Positions 1 through 12,230 of a stretch of 64,000 nucleotides of DNA are shown piece by piece. The notes beneath the pieces were generated by a model. That model ran no database searches, had not been told where the DNA came from, and worked only from the letters and a program-made list of their open reading frames with translations. How positions within the stretch are numbered: the stretch's first letter is position 1; the number at the start of each line of letters is the position of its first letter. The translations under genes and the position numbers were made by a program. The DNA lies in the NCBI GenBank assembly GCA_002269645.1, contig NIVC01001207.1, forward strand, positions 85,541 to 149,540. Direction: 5' to 3'. The stretch is from Macrostomum lignano. Its lineage: Eukaryota.

Positions 1-172
1 GACGCTGGGGTGCCATATTAACGGGGCGCACTTCGTCCGCTCTCAGGCTCTGCGGCGCGCCATCTGACGCGCCCTGCTCTGACTGTGACCTTATATGTGG
101 GGCTATATATTTTGTTGTTGTTGTTGCTGTTGTTGTTGTTGTTGTTGTTGTTTTTGTTTGCGGTAAGCAATC

Positions 173-3100
173 TCACAGGGGCCGCCAGTCGACGGCTCTC
201 AGGAGCTGCGACACCATATCACCACGTGCAAAGTCGCTTAGATTAGTGACGCCGATGTTTTGTCTAATTGCTTCGAGCTTAGGGCAGGTCCAGAGGTGGA
301 ATTGGTCCGGGACAACCAGGCAAAGTCGGCAGGGGCCACCTTCGGTGATGCCTGTGCGGTTGCGATAGTAGTTGGGGTCAGGGCAGTGGCCTGCTCCGTC
401 CTGCGCCACGAGGACTTGTTGACGGCGTGGTCCCTGATGGAAGGAGATCGGTTTACCATAGACCTCGGCCATGTGCCCCTGAAGGGTTGGGCGGTACTTG
501 AGATGATGACGGATGCGCTCTTTAGCGGCTGCAAGGGGATAGCGACGTTTGCCTGCGGGACGTTTGCCAGCCGACATTTGCCTGCGGGACGTTTGCCAGC
601 CGACGTTTGCCAGCCGACGTTTGCCTGCCGGACGTTTGCCAGCCGACGTTTGCCAGCCGACGTTTGCCTGCCGGAAGTTTGCCAGCCAAAATTTGCTAGC
701 CAATATAAAGCCAGTCAGTGAAAAATTTGATACTGAAATATTCGCAGTTTAGCGGTTTGACAAAAACCATTTTTACTCCAACTTTTTGACGGTTATTCGC
801 ATGTATACAAGTTTGAAAGCAAAATATATAAATTATGCAGTTCATCAGTCTAACGTCTAATATCTAGTTTAACAACGATTTTGGCACAACATATCAAAAG
901 ATGAACATTGGGTTTGCCTCGTATGAAAGCAATAAAAATTGTTGTGCTGAAAAGATGAAAACTTCCTATCTCCCTATGGCCTTCAAAACATTTTTCATAG
1001 ATTTCGAGTGCTGCGTACTTCTACTTTAGTAGTCTTTGGCGCGACTAAGCTTTGCATACGTAGTGTCTAGCGCTTGCTATCCTACTAGCTTGCTACTGGC
1101 GGCTTGTCTGGCTATTCAGCTATATAGCTTACTATAAAAACGTACCGCATTCGACTCGTCTACACATGTACGTTGAGATCGCGGTTTCCTGGCTTACTTG
1201 AGTAGTAATACAACAGAATTGGAATCAATTTGCTTACTTTTGGATCTCCCAATGAACTGAGAAATATATGAGCCAGAATTACCGCTCAGCAGCTCTTTTT
1301 GTTTGCCTCATAACTTAATCGCTGGAGATTCCCGTTGTAATCTGCGCGTCTTCTTTCGCACATCAAAAATCAAACATCTCAAACTGGGAAAAACGATACA
1401 CAATTGTCAAAAGTAAACAATATTTTCACATTCAAAGAAAATCGTTGTTAAACTGGATATTAGATGTAAATCTATATAAATTGCATAATTTATATAGATT
1501 TTGCATAAATTGCATAATTTATAGATTTTGCTTTCAAACTTGTATACATGCGAATAACCGTCAAAAAGTTGGAGTAAAAATGGTTTTTGTCAAACCGCTA
1601 AACTGCGAATATTTCAGTATCAAATTTTTCACTGACTGGCTTTATATTGGCTAGCAAATTTTGGCTGGCAAACTTCCGGCAGGCAAACGTCCGACTGGCA
1701 AACGTCCCGCTGGCAAACGTCGGCTGGCAAATGTCGGCTGGCAAACGTCCCGCAGGCAAACGTCGGCTGGCAAACGTCCCGCAGGCAAACGTCGGCTGGC
1801 AAACGTCCCGCAGGCAAACGTCGGCTGGCAAACGTCCTGCAGGCAAACGTCGTAGACCCGCTGCAAGGGATATTTCGGACTCGTCCTGAGGCAGGGTGGC
1901 CGCGAGCTTGGCCTCTGCGTCGACCAGTTCGTTTCCGGGCACTTCCGAATGTCCCGGAACCCATTGCAGGGTAATCTTCGTGTGCATGGCTGCGCTAGCG
2001 AGGAGATCTTTAACTTGCTCAAGCCGCAGGTGGAGGGTTGGACGGTCAGCTTTGATGGCGGCGATGGCGCTCTGGCTGTCGGTTAGAATGACGGCTTGGC
2101 GCGGCTCGGAGCTGAGAATGTCTTCCAGGGCGAGCTTGATGACCATTAATTCGGCTTCATAGGAGTTGCGCCAGCGACCCGCTGCTGCGTGCCCACGGCG
2201 ACGGATGGTGCTTTTTTGGTCGAGGAGGATCCATGCGGCTCCGCCGTTTTCGACCCCTCCGGTGGCCGAGCCATCCGTGTAGTAGGTGCAGGAACCTGGA
2301 CAGCGTTGCTCAATAGCTGCAAAAATTTGTTCGGTCGGAGTGGCTCCCAGGTCTGGCAGGTTGGTGAAACAGTCGATGCCCTGGTCGACAAGAGAGGCCC
2401 AGGGTGGCCGTCGGGTAAGGTGGAAGGACATGCGCAGGAGCGGCATCATGGAGTCGCAGATGCGCCTCGCTTGTTCGCGCAGGCCTCTGTTAGCCGCAAG
2501 TCGGACGTTCGAGTGCCTTTCGCAGATCTTGCGAAACGGATCGCTGAGAGGGCGACGGATGGCTTTCTCGTAGGTGAGCAGAGCGCGCCTGCGGGCCTCA
2601 ACGCTGATGGGGTCGACCTGAGCTTCCAGGTAAATAGCTTCCGTGGGGGTCGATCGTGGCAGGCCAGTGATGGTGCGCAGCGCCTCCCTTTGGGCGCGGT
2701 CGAGCTCATCCAGGCGAGTCTTAGACAGCCAGGGCGTCCAGGCCGATGATGCATGCCGGATCACCGACTCGACCAGAGCACGGTAGACTTTGATCAGGAG
2801 GAGGCGATCCCATCCCTATTCCCGGTTGGCTAAAGCTTTGATGACGGCGGTTCGACGGAGCATTTTGTTGTTGATTTCGCTCAGGTGTTTGTCGAAAAGA
2901 AGACCGCGGTCAATCCAGACCCCGATGAACTTCAGCGCCAGCTTGCTGGGAATAGGACGGCCAAGCATCGAGAGTTGAACGGTGGTGTCGCGATCGGCTC
3001 GGTTACGGGAGAACAGACAATATTCAGTCTTCGACGGGTTTAGGTCGATGCGAAGATTTTTGGCCCACTTTTCGATGAGGCGGAGGGCCCTTTGAATGCG

Positions 3101-5904
3101 TTCACGGACATCTGTGATGTTTCTGCCGGAGGCCCAGATGGCGAGGTCGTCCGCGTATCCACTGTAATCGACATCTTGGACGATGTGGTCAGCCCAGGCG
3201 TTGATGTAAAGAAGGAACAGGACCGGGGAGCTGACGGCGCCTTGCGGGACGCCCTCCCTGAGCCTGCGCCATTTTCCGATGGTGCTCCCAATGCGGACCG
3301 CAATCTGCCTGCCCTCCAGGAAGCTGGCAAACCATCTCACCATACAGGCCGGCAGGCCTTCATCTATCAGGCGGGAGATAAGCAGGGTCCTACAGACGCG
3401 GTCGAAAGCGCGCGAGAGGTCGATCAGAACTGCTAGGGTCTTCAGGTACGGAGACTGTTCCCAGCCGTCCTGGATGGCCTGGACCAGCCGGGCCACTTGC
3501 TCCTCACAGCTACGGCCGCGTTGGAAACCGGCTTGCCAGGGAAGGATTTTATTGTGTTGCTCCACCCAGTGAAAGAGGCGGTCCAGGATCAGCCTCTCCA
3601 GGATTTTACAACAGATAGAGGTGAGGCTGACGGGGCGGTAGCTTCCACACTCTTTGGGGTCTTTTCCGTCCTTCAGCAGCGGGATGATGACGGCCTTTTT
3701 CCAGGCTCCTGGGCAATGGCCGATGCTCCAGCAGCGATTGAAGATTTTCAGCCAGGCGTTAAGCCAGGAATCAGGGAGATTAATGAAGAAGGCAGCCTCG
3801 ATGCCGTCGGGGCCGCATTTTTTGCTAGGATCGAGTTTATCGATGGCCCTCCGCAGCTCTCCTGTAGTGAAAGGACGGTGGTAGTTGAGATCGTCGGAGT
3901 GGTAATTAGCTAGCCTGTTGGCTGTGTTGACCTTAAACTTGCGGTCAGCAGCGTCGTGGTGAAGGGAGCTGATGTCTTTGTAGTAGCGGCCGAAGGCGTT
4001 CGCCTTGTCCTTGTCGGTGCAAAGTTCGCGTCCGTCAACAACCAGAATTTCATTGGGGTTCGACCCTTGCCTTCCGTTGTTGAGGCACTTGATGGTTCTC
4101 CAGGTCTGTTTGGAGTCGGAGGATTTTGACAGTTTGTGCACGTACTCCTTCCAGAAAGCGCTTTTCTTGTCGGCGCAGAGCTTGCTGAGTTCAAGGCTTT
4201 TTTCCCTCCAGAGGTCGGGCGGGGCGCCAGACTCACGGAGCTGGTTCCGGGTATTACTGAGTTCGTTCAGTTCCTCGTCCCAATACGGCTTATTCTTCTT
4301 AGAGACCTTCTTTTTCGGAATAGCGGCAGAGGCGGCAGTCAGCATGCCGTTGCAAAGGCGGTTGACTTGCTGCTTAATGGTACCGCGGTTTAGATTGGTA
4401 TCGGCCGCTCCGAGCAGGGACCTGTAGGCGGGCCAGTCAGCTTTCTTCCAGGACCAGTGGAACTGATTGAGCTCGGCAAGGGTGTTCCGGGGCGCTTGCA
4501 GCGTCACAAGGATGGGTTTGTGATCGGAGCCAAGTTCATTTAAAACAGTCCAGGTGCACTGGGAGGCAAGTCCGCCGCTGGCAATGGTGAGCTCGGGGGC
4601 ACTGGTACGACCGGAGTGGCGGTCGACACAGGTGTGTTCACCAGTGTTTAGAATGCGGTACTGAGAGGTGGAGCACCAGTCAAGGAGGCATCTGCATTGA
4701 GCAGCGCTGTCTCTGCCTTGGTCTCCCTCGCTGCCCCAAGCTGGGTGGTGGAGATTCAGATCCCCAGTGATGAGCTCGCGTTTGTGACATTTGAGCCAGT
4801 CTTCCACGCTCGGGTGCTCCCGGTGGTCTTCGCCCTCCACACGCCGGATGGGGGGGCGGTAGATATTGGAGATGATCAGCTTGTTTCTGGCAGAGTCATT
4901 GATGACAAAGCGACATCCTTCAGTGGTGCCGCCTGTCCATCCCCGGAGTTTACGAAATGGAATGCCTTGCCGAATGTAGCACAGGAGGCCGCCTCCTTTG
5001 ATGTTGGGGTCGCGCCTCTCAACTTTTGGTCTTTGCGGATCACAGCGAACCCTGGCAGTTTGGGAGTCTTGTGGAACGACGTAAGCTTACTTTCTTGGAC
5101 AGTGATGATATCAGCTTTGACCCTGTGAGCAAGCTCTTCGAGCTCTCTGATCTTGTTCGAGATAACGTCCGCATTCCATTGGATAATTCTAAGGTTCGGC
5201 TTGGCTTTGTTCCAGCCGGACAGGATGCGCGGGTGGTGTCTTAGGGGTTCAGAGGGGTCATCTTGTGACGGAGATGTCGGGCTAGGCCGGCGGGTAGCAT
5301 TAGAGCAGCAGATGCATCTCCAGAGACCTCGGCTGACTTCGCGTTTGATCTGCTCCCGTTTCGCAGCCGTGCACGCATTGTGGAAGAAACCTTCACAGGT
5401 ATTACAGCAGGCGATGACGGAGCTGACCCTGACGGGTTTGTTACGGTGGGCGCACTTAGGTTTTTCTTCGCGGAGGCGACGGAGGAGCTCTTCACGTCTG
5501 CCGTATCCACGGATGGCGCCATCAGCAGGTTCCTCTGGTGATCCTGTGGCCTGGTTGCCGGGATTGGTGTCAGGGCCGCCCGAGCAATTTGGGCAGCGCC
5601 AGTCGGGAGGACCGATCTTTTTGTCGGCCGCCCAGCGGCTGAGGCCGGAACAGCCACGTTGGAGGTGAAAGTCTTGCCCGCATGGATGGCAGTGGAGGGA
5701 TCTCCCTCGGAGGGGGCAACCACACTCACGCCGCCCACAAATATGAGTCGGGCCTAGACCTGGGTTCGGCTCGATGTCACCAGCCCTGAGCAGGAGCGTG
5801 GAGAGCCGGCGTGCCTCGCTGCCAGCGTTTCCGGTGTCGCAACCAAGGTACACCATGCTGGAGAAAATCGCGAAACACAAAAGCAACAGTTGCACGTGGG
5901 ACAT
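173..5904 (-). pseudogene. Ingi-like polyprotein (2A-PHD-PHD-APE-RT-RNase H-CCHC), disrupted
   Basis: APE motifs IIQWNAD, TVQESKL, TGDLNLHH, GSDHKP. RT motifs GVPQGAVSSP, GYADDL. RNase H motifs YTDGS, YEAEL, TDSQ, WVPGHS. C-terminal CRLC..H..C. Lesions: 1-bp frameshift near 5028 (restores ..KGGGLLCYIRQ), in-frame TAG at 2816-2818 (NRE*GWD, probably from TGG), and the MITE at 536-1859 (removal restores SEISLAAAKERI). Confidence 0.9.
536..1859. mobile_element. Non-autonomous foldback-type DNA transposon (MITE), probably Mutator-related
   Basis: About 300-bp TIRs (536-~838 and ~1483-1859) with internal 10-16-bp subrepeats (gacgtttgcc). Termini GGGatagCGACG / CGTCGtagaCCC. Flanking direct repeat gctgcaag at 528-535 and 1860-1867 (extendable to 10 bp, gctgcaaggg). 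AT-rich non-coding interior. Confidence 0.9.
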
Positions 5905-5914
5905 GGTGTCCGAT

Positions 5915-6009
5915 TTACGGCGCTCGGAAAAGGGTCCCCTCCGCGACGAAAACGCGGCGCCGAGTAGGAGCTGCGGGAAGCCCGCAGTCTAGGCGTAAAG
6001 CCCAGAGGG
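5915..6009 (-). ncRNA. Candidate HDV-like self-cleaving ribozyme at the 5' end of the Ingi-like LINE
   Basis: Manual fold on the minus strand: P1 CCCUCU/GGAGGG, P2 CGGCGC/GCGCCG, P3 GCG/CGC with loop UUUUCGU, J4/2 CCGA, and two hairpins in J1/2. P4 is essentially absent. Not computed. Confidence 0.4.
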
Positions 6010-6042
6010 TGTTGTTGTTGTAGTAGTAGTTGTTGTTGTTGT
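6010..6042. repeat. (TTG)n/(TAG)n microsatellite flanking the 5' end of the LINE
   Basis: Direct reading: gttgttgttgtagtagtagttgttgttgttg. Confidence 0.9.
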
Positions 6043-7106
6043 ATTACATGTGTATATTATTTTATACCTAGCGTCTAACGTCTAGATTTGTGGGATGACT
6101 TCAGCTACAGTAGATAGGGGCATCCTCACCTGGAGAACAGAGGGGTATAATATGTCCCCCTCCCAGTAACCAGGCCGGGCTATAGCGGGTCAGCGGGATG
6201 GGTGGGGCGGTCTTTTCCTCAATCCTCGATCGATGCACCCGCTAGACTACGATGCCCTCGTAAAAGCTCTATGGGGTCATTCCAATTAATGCTTTCGTCT
6301 TGGACTTGGAAACTTTCAAAAGCTTTATTGACAAAAACAAACTATTACACAGAACATGGAAATGCGGATTTTTGCTGTAGCTCGCCAAAATAAGTGTTCG
6401 CTGCGCTAAAACGAGTGTCTAGATACGGCACTATAAAAAGAAGTTAGAGAATTCCTGCGTCTCGTGTTGAAGTATCTCTGCTCTGGTGTGAGTTGCATAA
6501 GAAATTATCGCTATTTTGTTTCAAAAATGAAACATTTGTAGATGGCCTAGCCCCCTCGCTAGTTCATTGCCCAGAACCATTTATTTTAAGAAATGAAGTT
6601 TCCTGTCATTCTACTCGAGTTCATTTGGAATACATAGTCGTCAGTCGATAAAAAACTGAAATGGCTCTCGTTGAATTAGAAAAAATACAATTTACTTGAC
6701 GCGGGAACTGTCGAGGGACGTGTGATAAACTATAAATTACTAACGCATAATTACTACTATGTGTAGTTTCAATAAATAGTAATAATTACATTATTACTGA
6801 TTCACCAATAAATCACTGTAAAAATCGGTGTACAGGAGGGAGCAGATCATTGAACATAAATTCTTTGTATTTATAAATTAGTGATCATTGACAACATATC
6901 TAGTCAAAATGTTTTAATGGCCAAATTATGACATCACAGTTCCGCGTGAGTTTAAAAACCTTTTTAGGAAAGACGTAAGATTTAATCGCGGCATAAGATA
7001 CATTGGTTTCCCGACAGACATTCAGACAGACATTCAGAAATCGTTCATTAAATGTTTAACAAAATTGTCTATTTATTACGCAAGATACTGTGAATTTATA
7101 GAAACT

Positions 7107-8301
7107 TTTACGCATGTCTCTGCTTTAAAAAGACACCTCAGACACACACAAAGACGCTTCACAAGCTGAGATATTCCATAGCAACTGTTGTTACGACGTT
7201 TCCCAATATACCGAATACTGTATATAGTAGTTTTTTGAGAAGCCGCTACATCGTCCCACTTTGGTCTTTCTGCATGAAATTTGCACAGCTGTTTTACGCA
7301 TGTCTCTGCTTTAAAAAGACACCTCAGACACACACAAAGACGCTTCACAAGCTGAGATATTCCCTAGCAACTGTTGTTACGACGTTTCCCAATATACCGA
7401 ATACTGTATATAGTAGTTTTTTGAGAAGCCGCTACATCGTCCCACTTTGGTCTTTCTGCATGAAATTTGCACAGCTGTTTTACGCATGTCTCTGCTTTAA
7501 AAAGACACCTCAGACACACACAAAGACGCTTCACAAGCTGAGATATTCCCTAGCAACTGTTGTTACGACGTTTCCCAATATACCGAATACTGTATATAGT
7601 AGTTTTTTGAGAAGCCGCTACATCGTCCCACTTTGGTCTTTCTGCATGAAATTTGCACAGCTGTTTTACGCATGTCTATGCTTTAAAAAGACACCTCAGA
7701 CACACACAAAGACACTTCACAAGCTGAGATATTCCCTAGCAACTGTTGTTACGACGTTTCCCAATATACCGAATACTGTATATAGTAGTTTTTTGAGAAG
7801 CTGCTACATCGTCCCACTTTGGTCTTTCTGCATGAAATTTGCACAGCTGTTTTACGCATGTCTCTGCTTTAAAAAGACACCTCAGACACACACAAAGACA
7901 CTTCACAAGCTGAGATATTCCCTAGCAACTGTTGTTACGACGTTTCCCAATATACCGAATACTGTATATAGTAGTTTTTTGAGAAGCCGCTACATCGTCC
8001 CACTTTGATCTTTCTGCATGAAATTTGCACAGCTGTTTTACGCATGTCTCTGCTTTAAAAAGACACCTCAGACACACACAAAGACGCTTCACAAGCTGAG
8101 ATATTCCCTAGCAACTGTTGTTACGACGTTTCCCAATATACCGAATACTGTATATAGTAGTTTTTTGAGAAGCCGCTACATCGTCCCACTTTGGTCTTTC
8201 TGCATGAAATTTGCACAGCTGTTTTACGCATGTCTCTGCTTTAAAAAGACACCTCAGACACACACAAAGATGCTTCACAAGCTGAGATATTCCCTAGCAA
8301 C
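7107..8301 (+). repeat. Left TIR tandem array, 186-bp unit x ~6.4
   Basis: Unit spacing measured 7112 to 7298. It explains the 62-aa periodic spurious ORFs. Confidence 0.95.
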
Positions 8302-9861
8302 GGTTGCCTGAAGGCATGCTCATATCTAACTTGCATTTGGACACCGGCATGGAATGTACGTTATACTTGTATTTGCCTTCTACCGATCTGAAGCACTTTA
8401 CTTTAGGCAGATCTATCAGCAATATTAACACTGTACAGGAGGCAGTTTTTCTTTATGTACATTCGTTGTCATTTTGCCATGTACATTACGCAAGAGGCCT
8501 AACACAGAATATGCCTGCACCCTGTTTTGGTATATAATCTTTCTCACTAACAAGCTCATTTTGACAATATGGATGAATTGTCTCTGCTGACTACAATATC
8601 TCTATCTTATATTGGCAAGAGTACAATAAGCACTAGCATATTTTGGTACTTAATTCATCTGACAGTTTTTTTTCGGCATGAGGTTGTCAATATGCATTTT
8701 GGCTTTGTTCCTGGTCACCATCTCAATGAGTTTCCCTACCAAGGAAGAAGTAAGCATTTTTTGGCTTTGTGAGAGACTGACGTCTACGAATGGCTATATA
8801 GGCAAGGACCACTGTAGTGCGAGAAGAAGGACTCGGCACTCACGAACTACGGAAAAATTTTTGAAGGCTGATTTTCCACAGGCTTCGTGTCTGACTACCA
8901 GTGCGCCATTTTTGTGCAACCACATAAATTTGTGCTTATTTCATGCTTATTGCTCTGCTCATTTTTGATGCATGTTGTGCACGTAATTACATGCATACAT
9001 GTAATTTTTTCTATTAATTTTTTTTCAATAAATGGCTACAAGCACTAGACTTTCAAGATTTTCAAGTACGAGACACCTCGTGCAATATGCCATAATTGCC
9101 ATAAATTAATTGCCATAATTGCTTACTGAGAACCTCTCATCACAATGTATCACAGAAGAAATCAGCCGGCAGAAGTGAGCTGCAGAGATGCAAACTGATA
9201 CAATATACAAAAAGCATTAGCCGTATCACTGCACTATCAGAGGACAGTACAAAAATCTTTGTAAGTGGCAAGCATCACTAAACTGGGTGGTAAGGTCAGC
9301 CAATGGCCAATGTTCTTTAAAAATTCAGCTGCTAATGTAGTCAAAAAATCATCTTAATGTCTGTATCTGAAGAGGCAGCATCAAACTGAAAATCAGCCTT
9401 CAAAAATTTTTACGTGGTTTGTGAGTGTCGAGTCCTTTTTCTACAGTGGTCCTTGTATGTACATGTAGGTTTTGCAATGTAATTTGGAGTGCTAAATTAT
9501 GGCTTACTACTGTTGACTTACTTCCCAGATCGACGATGCCGTCTCTCGGGCAAGGAAGGCGCACTCCATTCCTAAAGATTACCGAAATCGAGATCCTATT
9601 TTCTCGTTTTTATGCTCGCGACTGGGAATGAGAAATAACTTAAGAAATCGTATGACTATGTGGAATTGGCTTCGGAAAGCCACATCTACATGTAGTACCC
9701 GATGTTCGCCCGGACAACCTCCTCATGAAGATGAGTCTTGTTTCCAACAGAACAGCAATTCTTTTAGACCTCATAGCTCCACTGAATATCAGCCAACCAG
9801 TGGCCATGCTGAAGCCCAGCCAGCAGCTGGCCAGGCGACCAACAATGAGAGAGCCGGAAGT

Positions 9862-9928
9862 CCTGAAGGGACTCCTGAAGGGACTCCTGAAGGGACTCCT
9901 GAAGGGACTCTTGAAGGGACTCCTGAAG
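9862..9928 (+). repeat. 12-bp coding repeat (EGTP x5)
   Basis: cctgaagggact repeated five times inside the transposase ORF. Confidence 0.9.
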
Positions 9929-11875
9929 GGCAACTTGTTATGGACTGCTCCTCAAGGAATGAAGTGACAGCGACAGTGACAATATCGATTAACGCTATAA
10001 GGAAGATTAATTTACGAATCAATAATTCCAAGTATGTTTTTTCGAAGCCAGCACTAAATGAAGCTCTCTGCAAATCATTGAGATCTGTATCGTCTTGTTG
10101 CCTGCGCATGAGGGGTTACTGTCATATTAGTGCGGTTGAATCTAGAAAAAAATCTACGAATTTCTGGACAGTAAGGGCTGCGTGCAAGATGCAGGGGTGC
10201 AAGAGAGAACTTACTTTTGTAATGAAGGAAGAACCCCAATCGCAAGAACGCTGGGAGTGGCACGTCATCGGACGAGGTCTCTTTGACCACTCGAAAGCCG
10301 AATCATCAACTTTTAGAAAAATAACAGAGGATGAGGAAGAAAATTTCACAAAACTTGTCGCAGAGCATGGGGCGTCTGGAGCGCATCGAAAGCTGTCCAA
10401 TGAAGATCAGCACATGCGTCACGTCTTGAGCAAAAACTTTGACTCATGCAAATCGAAATTTGTAATGGAAAGAATAGACAAAAAGGTAAATGAGGCAAAA
10501 TTACTACATAAGGACGTTAATATGGAATTACTCATTATGCAGACTGCTCTACAAGAAGAATACCCACACGAGTACTTGCCGGGAATAGTTAGAGAGCGCT
10601 GCGCTGATCCCCTGCGTGTCGTTTTGTACTCTGGTTACCAACTGCAATATTTAATCGACCTAATACTGGAAAATGAGCTTAATGTTCTTCATATTAACGC
10701 CACCGGATCGATAATTAAAAAAGCGGATTATATCGGACGCGTATTCCTGTACTCTATTGTAACAACAGCTACCAACCGCGTGAAATCTGTCTTAATAGCA
10801 GACTGCATTACAAACGGACATTCTGTCGCATCAATAGCACATTTCTTGCGTGTTCTGCGCCATCATATCGTCAACATGATGTCACGGTTTAGGCAAGCCT
10901 ACGTACCAATCCTATGGGTGACAGACTTTTCCTGGGCACTGATACATAGCTGCTTTGAATTCCACCAATGCGATTTGGAGACGTATTTAAATATGCAATA
11001 TCACTATTTCCGAAAAAGCCAACACTTCTGTCACAGTTACGGGGTAATGCTCTGTACAAATCATCTAATGCATTCAGTAAGCCGGTATCTAAAGCAGAAG
11101 AAGTATTCAAAGCGAATCAGGGACACTTTTTTGAGATACTTCTACAGAGTTATGACTATTAAGGTTGTAGAAGAAGTTAAGTCAACAATTCGGGATGCAA
11201 TGAACATTTTTTGACAAAGTCTGCGAAAGTATGCCAGCGTATAATGTCCAAACCCTATAACAGCAAAGATGATGAGCAAGGGACCAACTCAGACGGACAG
11301 TCAGAGGAAGGAGATCACGAAGACAATGACAGTACTAATGAGGACGAAACGAATAGTTCATTATACAAACGATCGCCCTTTTATGAGTACTTTAATGCAT
11401 GGAGGACATCAATCGCTAATAGCACTGTGGAAGTGGAGGAAGTTGCTATCGATAACGAATTGCATTCACCGGAAATAGTCGAAATGTTTGTCATCCGATA
11501 CCTCTCCTACTTTCCCTTATGGGCTGCCTGCGTCTGGAACCATGAATTCTTGGAAAGCCGCGTGAAGTCTCCTTTTTCAAATGCTCACATTGAGAGCTGG
11601 TTTAAGAGAATAAAATCCAAATTTCAGCTACCCGTCTCTGTCGCAGAGTTCTCGAAATTAACCGCAAGTTTCTGTCATGAAAGGATAAAGGAGGCGAAAT
11701 TACTTCGGCAAGTTGCTCCACCACGATTTTGCCAACGAAAAAGGAAGGCCGCGGCGGAGACAGCTGATGGGGCTGAAGAAAGCTGGGGCAAAAAACGATG
11801 CAGATACTCAAACAGTAGGCAGACACCACGAACAAAGTCACAGCCTCCCCCCTGTGAGTTTCCAAAATCGCCACT

Positions 11876-12230
11876 CGACTCTCAGCAACCGCCACGCGAC
11901 TCTCAGCAACCGCCACGCGACTCTCAGCAACCGCCACGCGACTCTCAGCAACCGCCACGCGACTCTCAGCAACCGCCACGCGAGTCTCAGCAACCGCCAC
12001 GCGACTCTCAGCAACCGCCACGCGACTCTCAGCAACCGCCACGCGACTCTCAGCAACCGCCACGCGAGTCTCAGCAACCGCCACGCGACTCTCAGCAACC
12101 GCCACGCGACTCTCAGCAACCGCCACGCGACTCTCAGCAACCGCCACGCGACTCTCAGCAACCGCCACGCGACTCTCAGCAACTGCCACGCGACTCTCAG
12201 CAACCGCCATGCGACTCTCAGCAACCGCCC
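11876..12230 (+). repeat. 21-bp coding repeat (PPRDSQQ x ~17)
   Basis: gactctcagcaaccgccacgc in tandem, in frame between the transposase and Ulp1 domains. Confidence 0.95.

Larger units (their letters stand above)
112..6009 (-). mobile_element. Ingi-like (I-group) non-LTR retrotransposon, full length but inactivated, interrupted by a MITE
   Basis: Single pol-type frame from ATG 5904 to stop 173 once the lesions are removed. It starts CCCTCTG at 6009 and ends in a (CAA)n tail (112-160). Domain order: 2A-like GDIEPNPG, two PHD, APE, RT, RNase H, CCHC. A single ORF with RNase H and an N-terminal 2A fits the Ingi clade (inference). Confidence 0.85.

Noticed and set aside
2146-5738. Antisense and alternate-frame ORFs overlapping the LINE (and similarly at 15.3-17.8 and 54.2-59.5 kb)
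   Set aside because: Shadow ORFs of GC-rich coding sequence.
6110-6270. GC-rich stretch with short inverted repeats (tagcgggt/acccgcta) as a structured RNA
   Set aside because: The stems are short and no family motif is recognisable.
11200-11220. Programmed -1 frameshift joining the two transposase ORFs
   Set aside because: There is no X XXY YYZ heptamer in the correct frame, and the gene has other lesions. A mutation or sequencing error is simpler.
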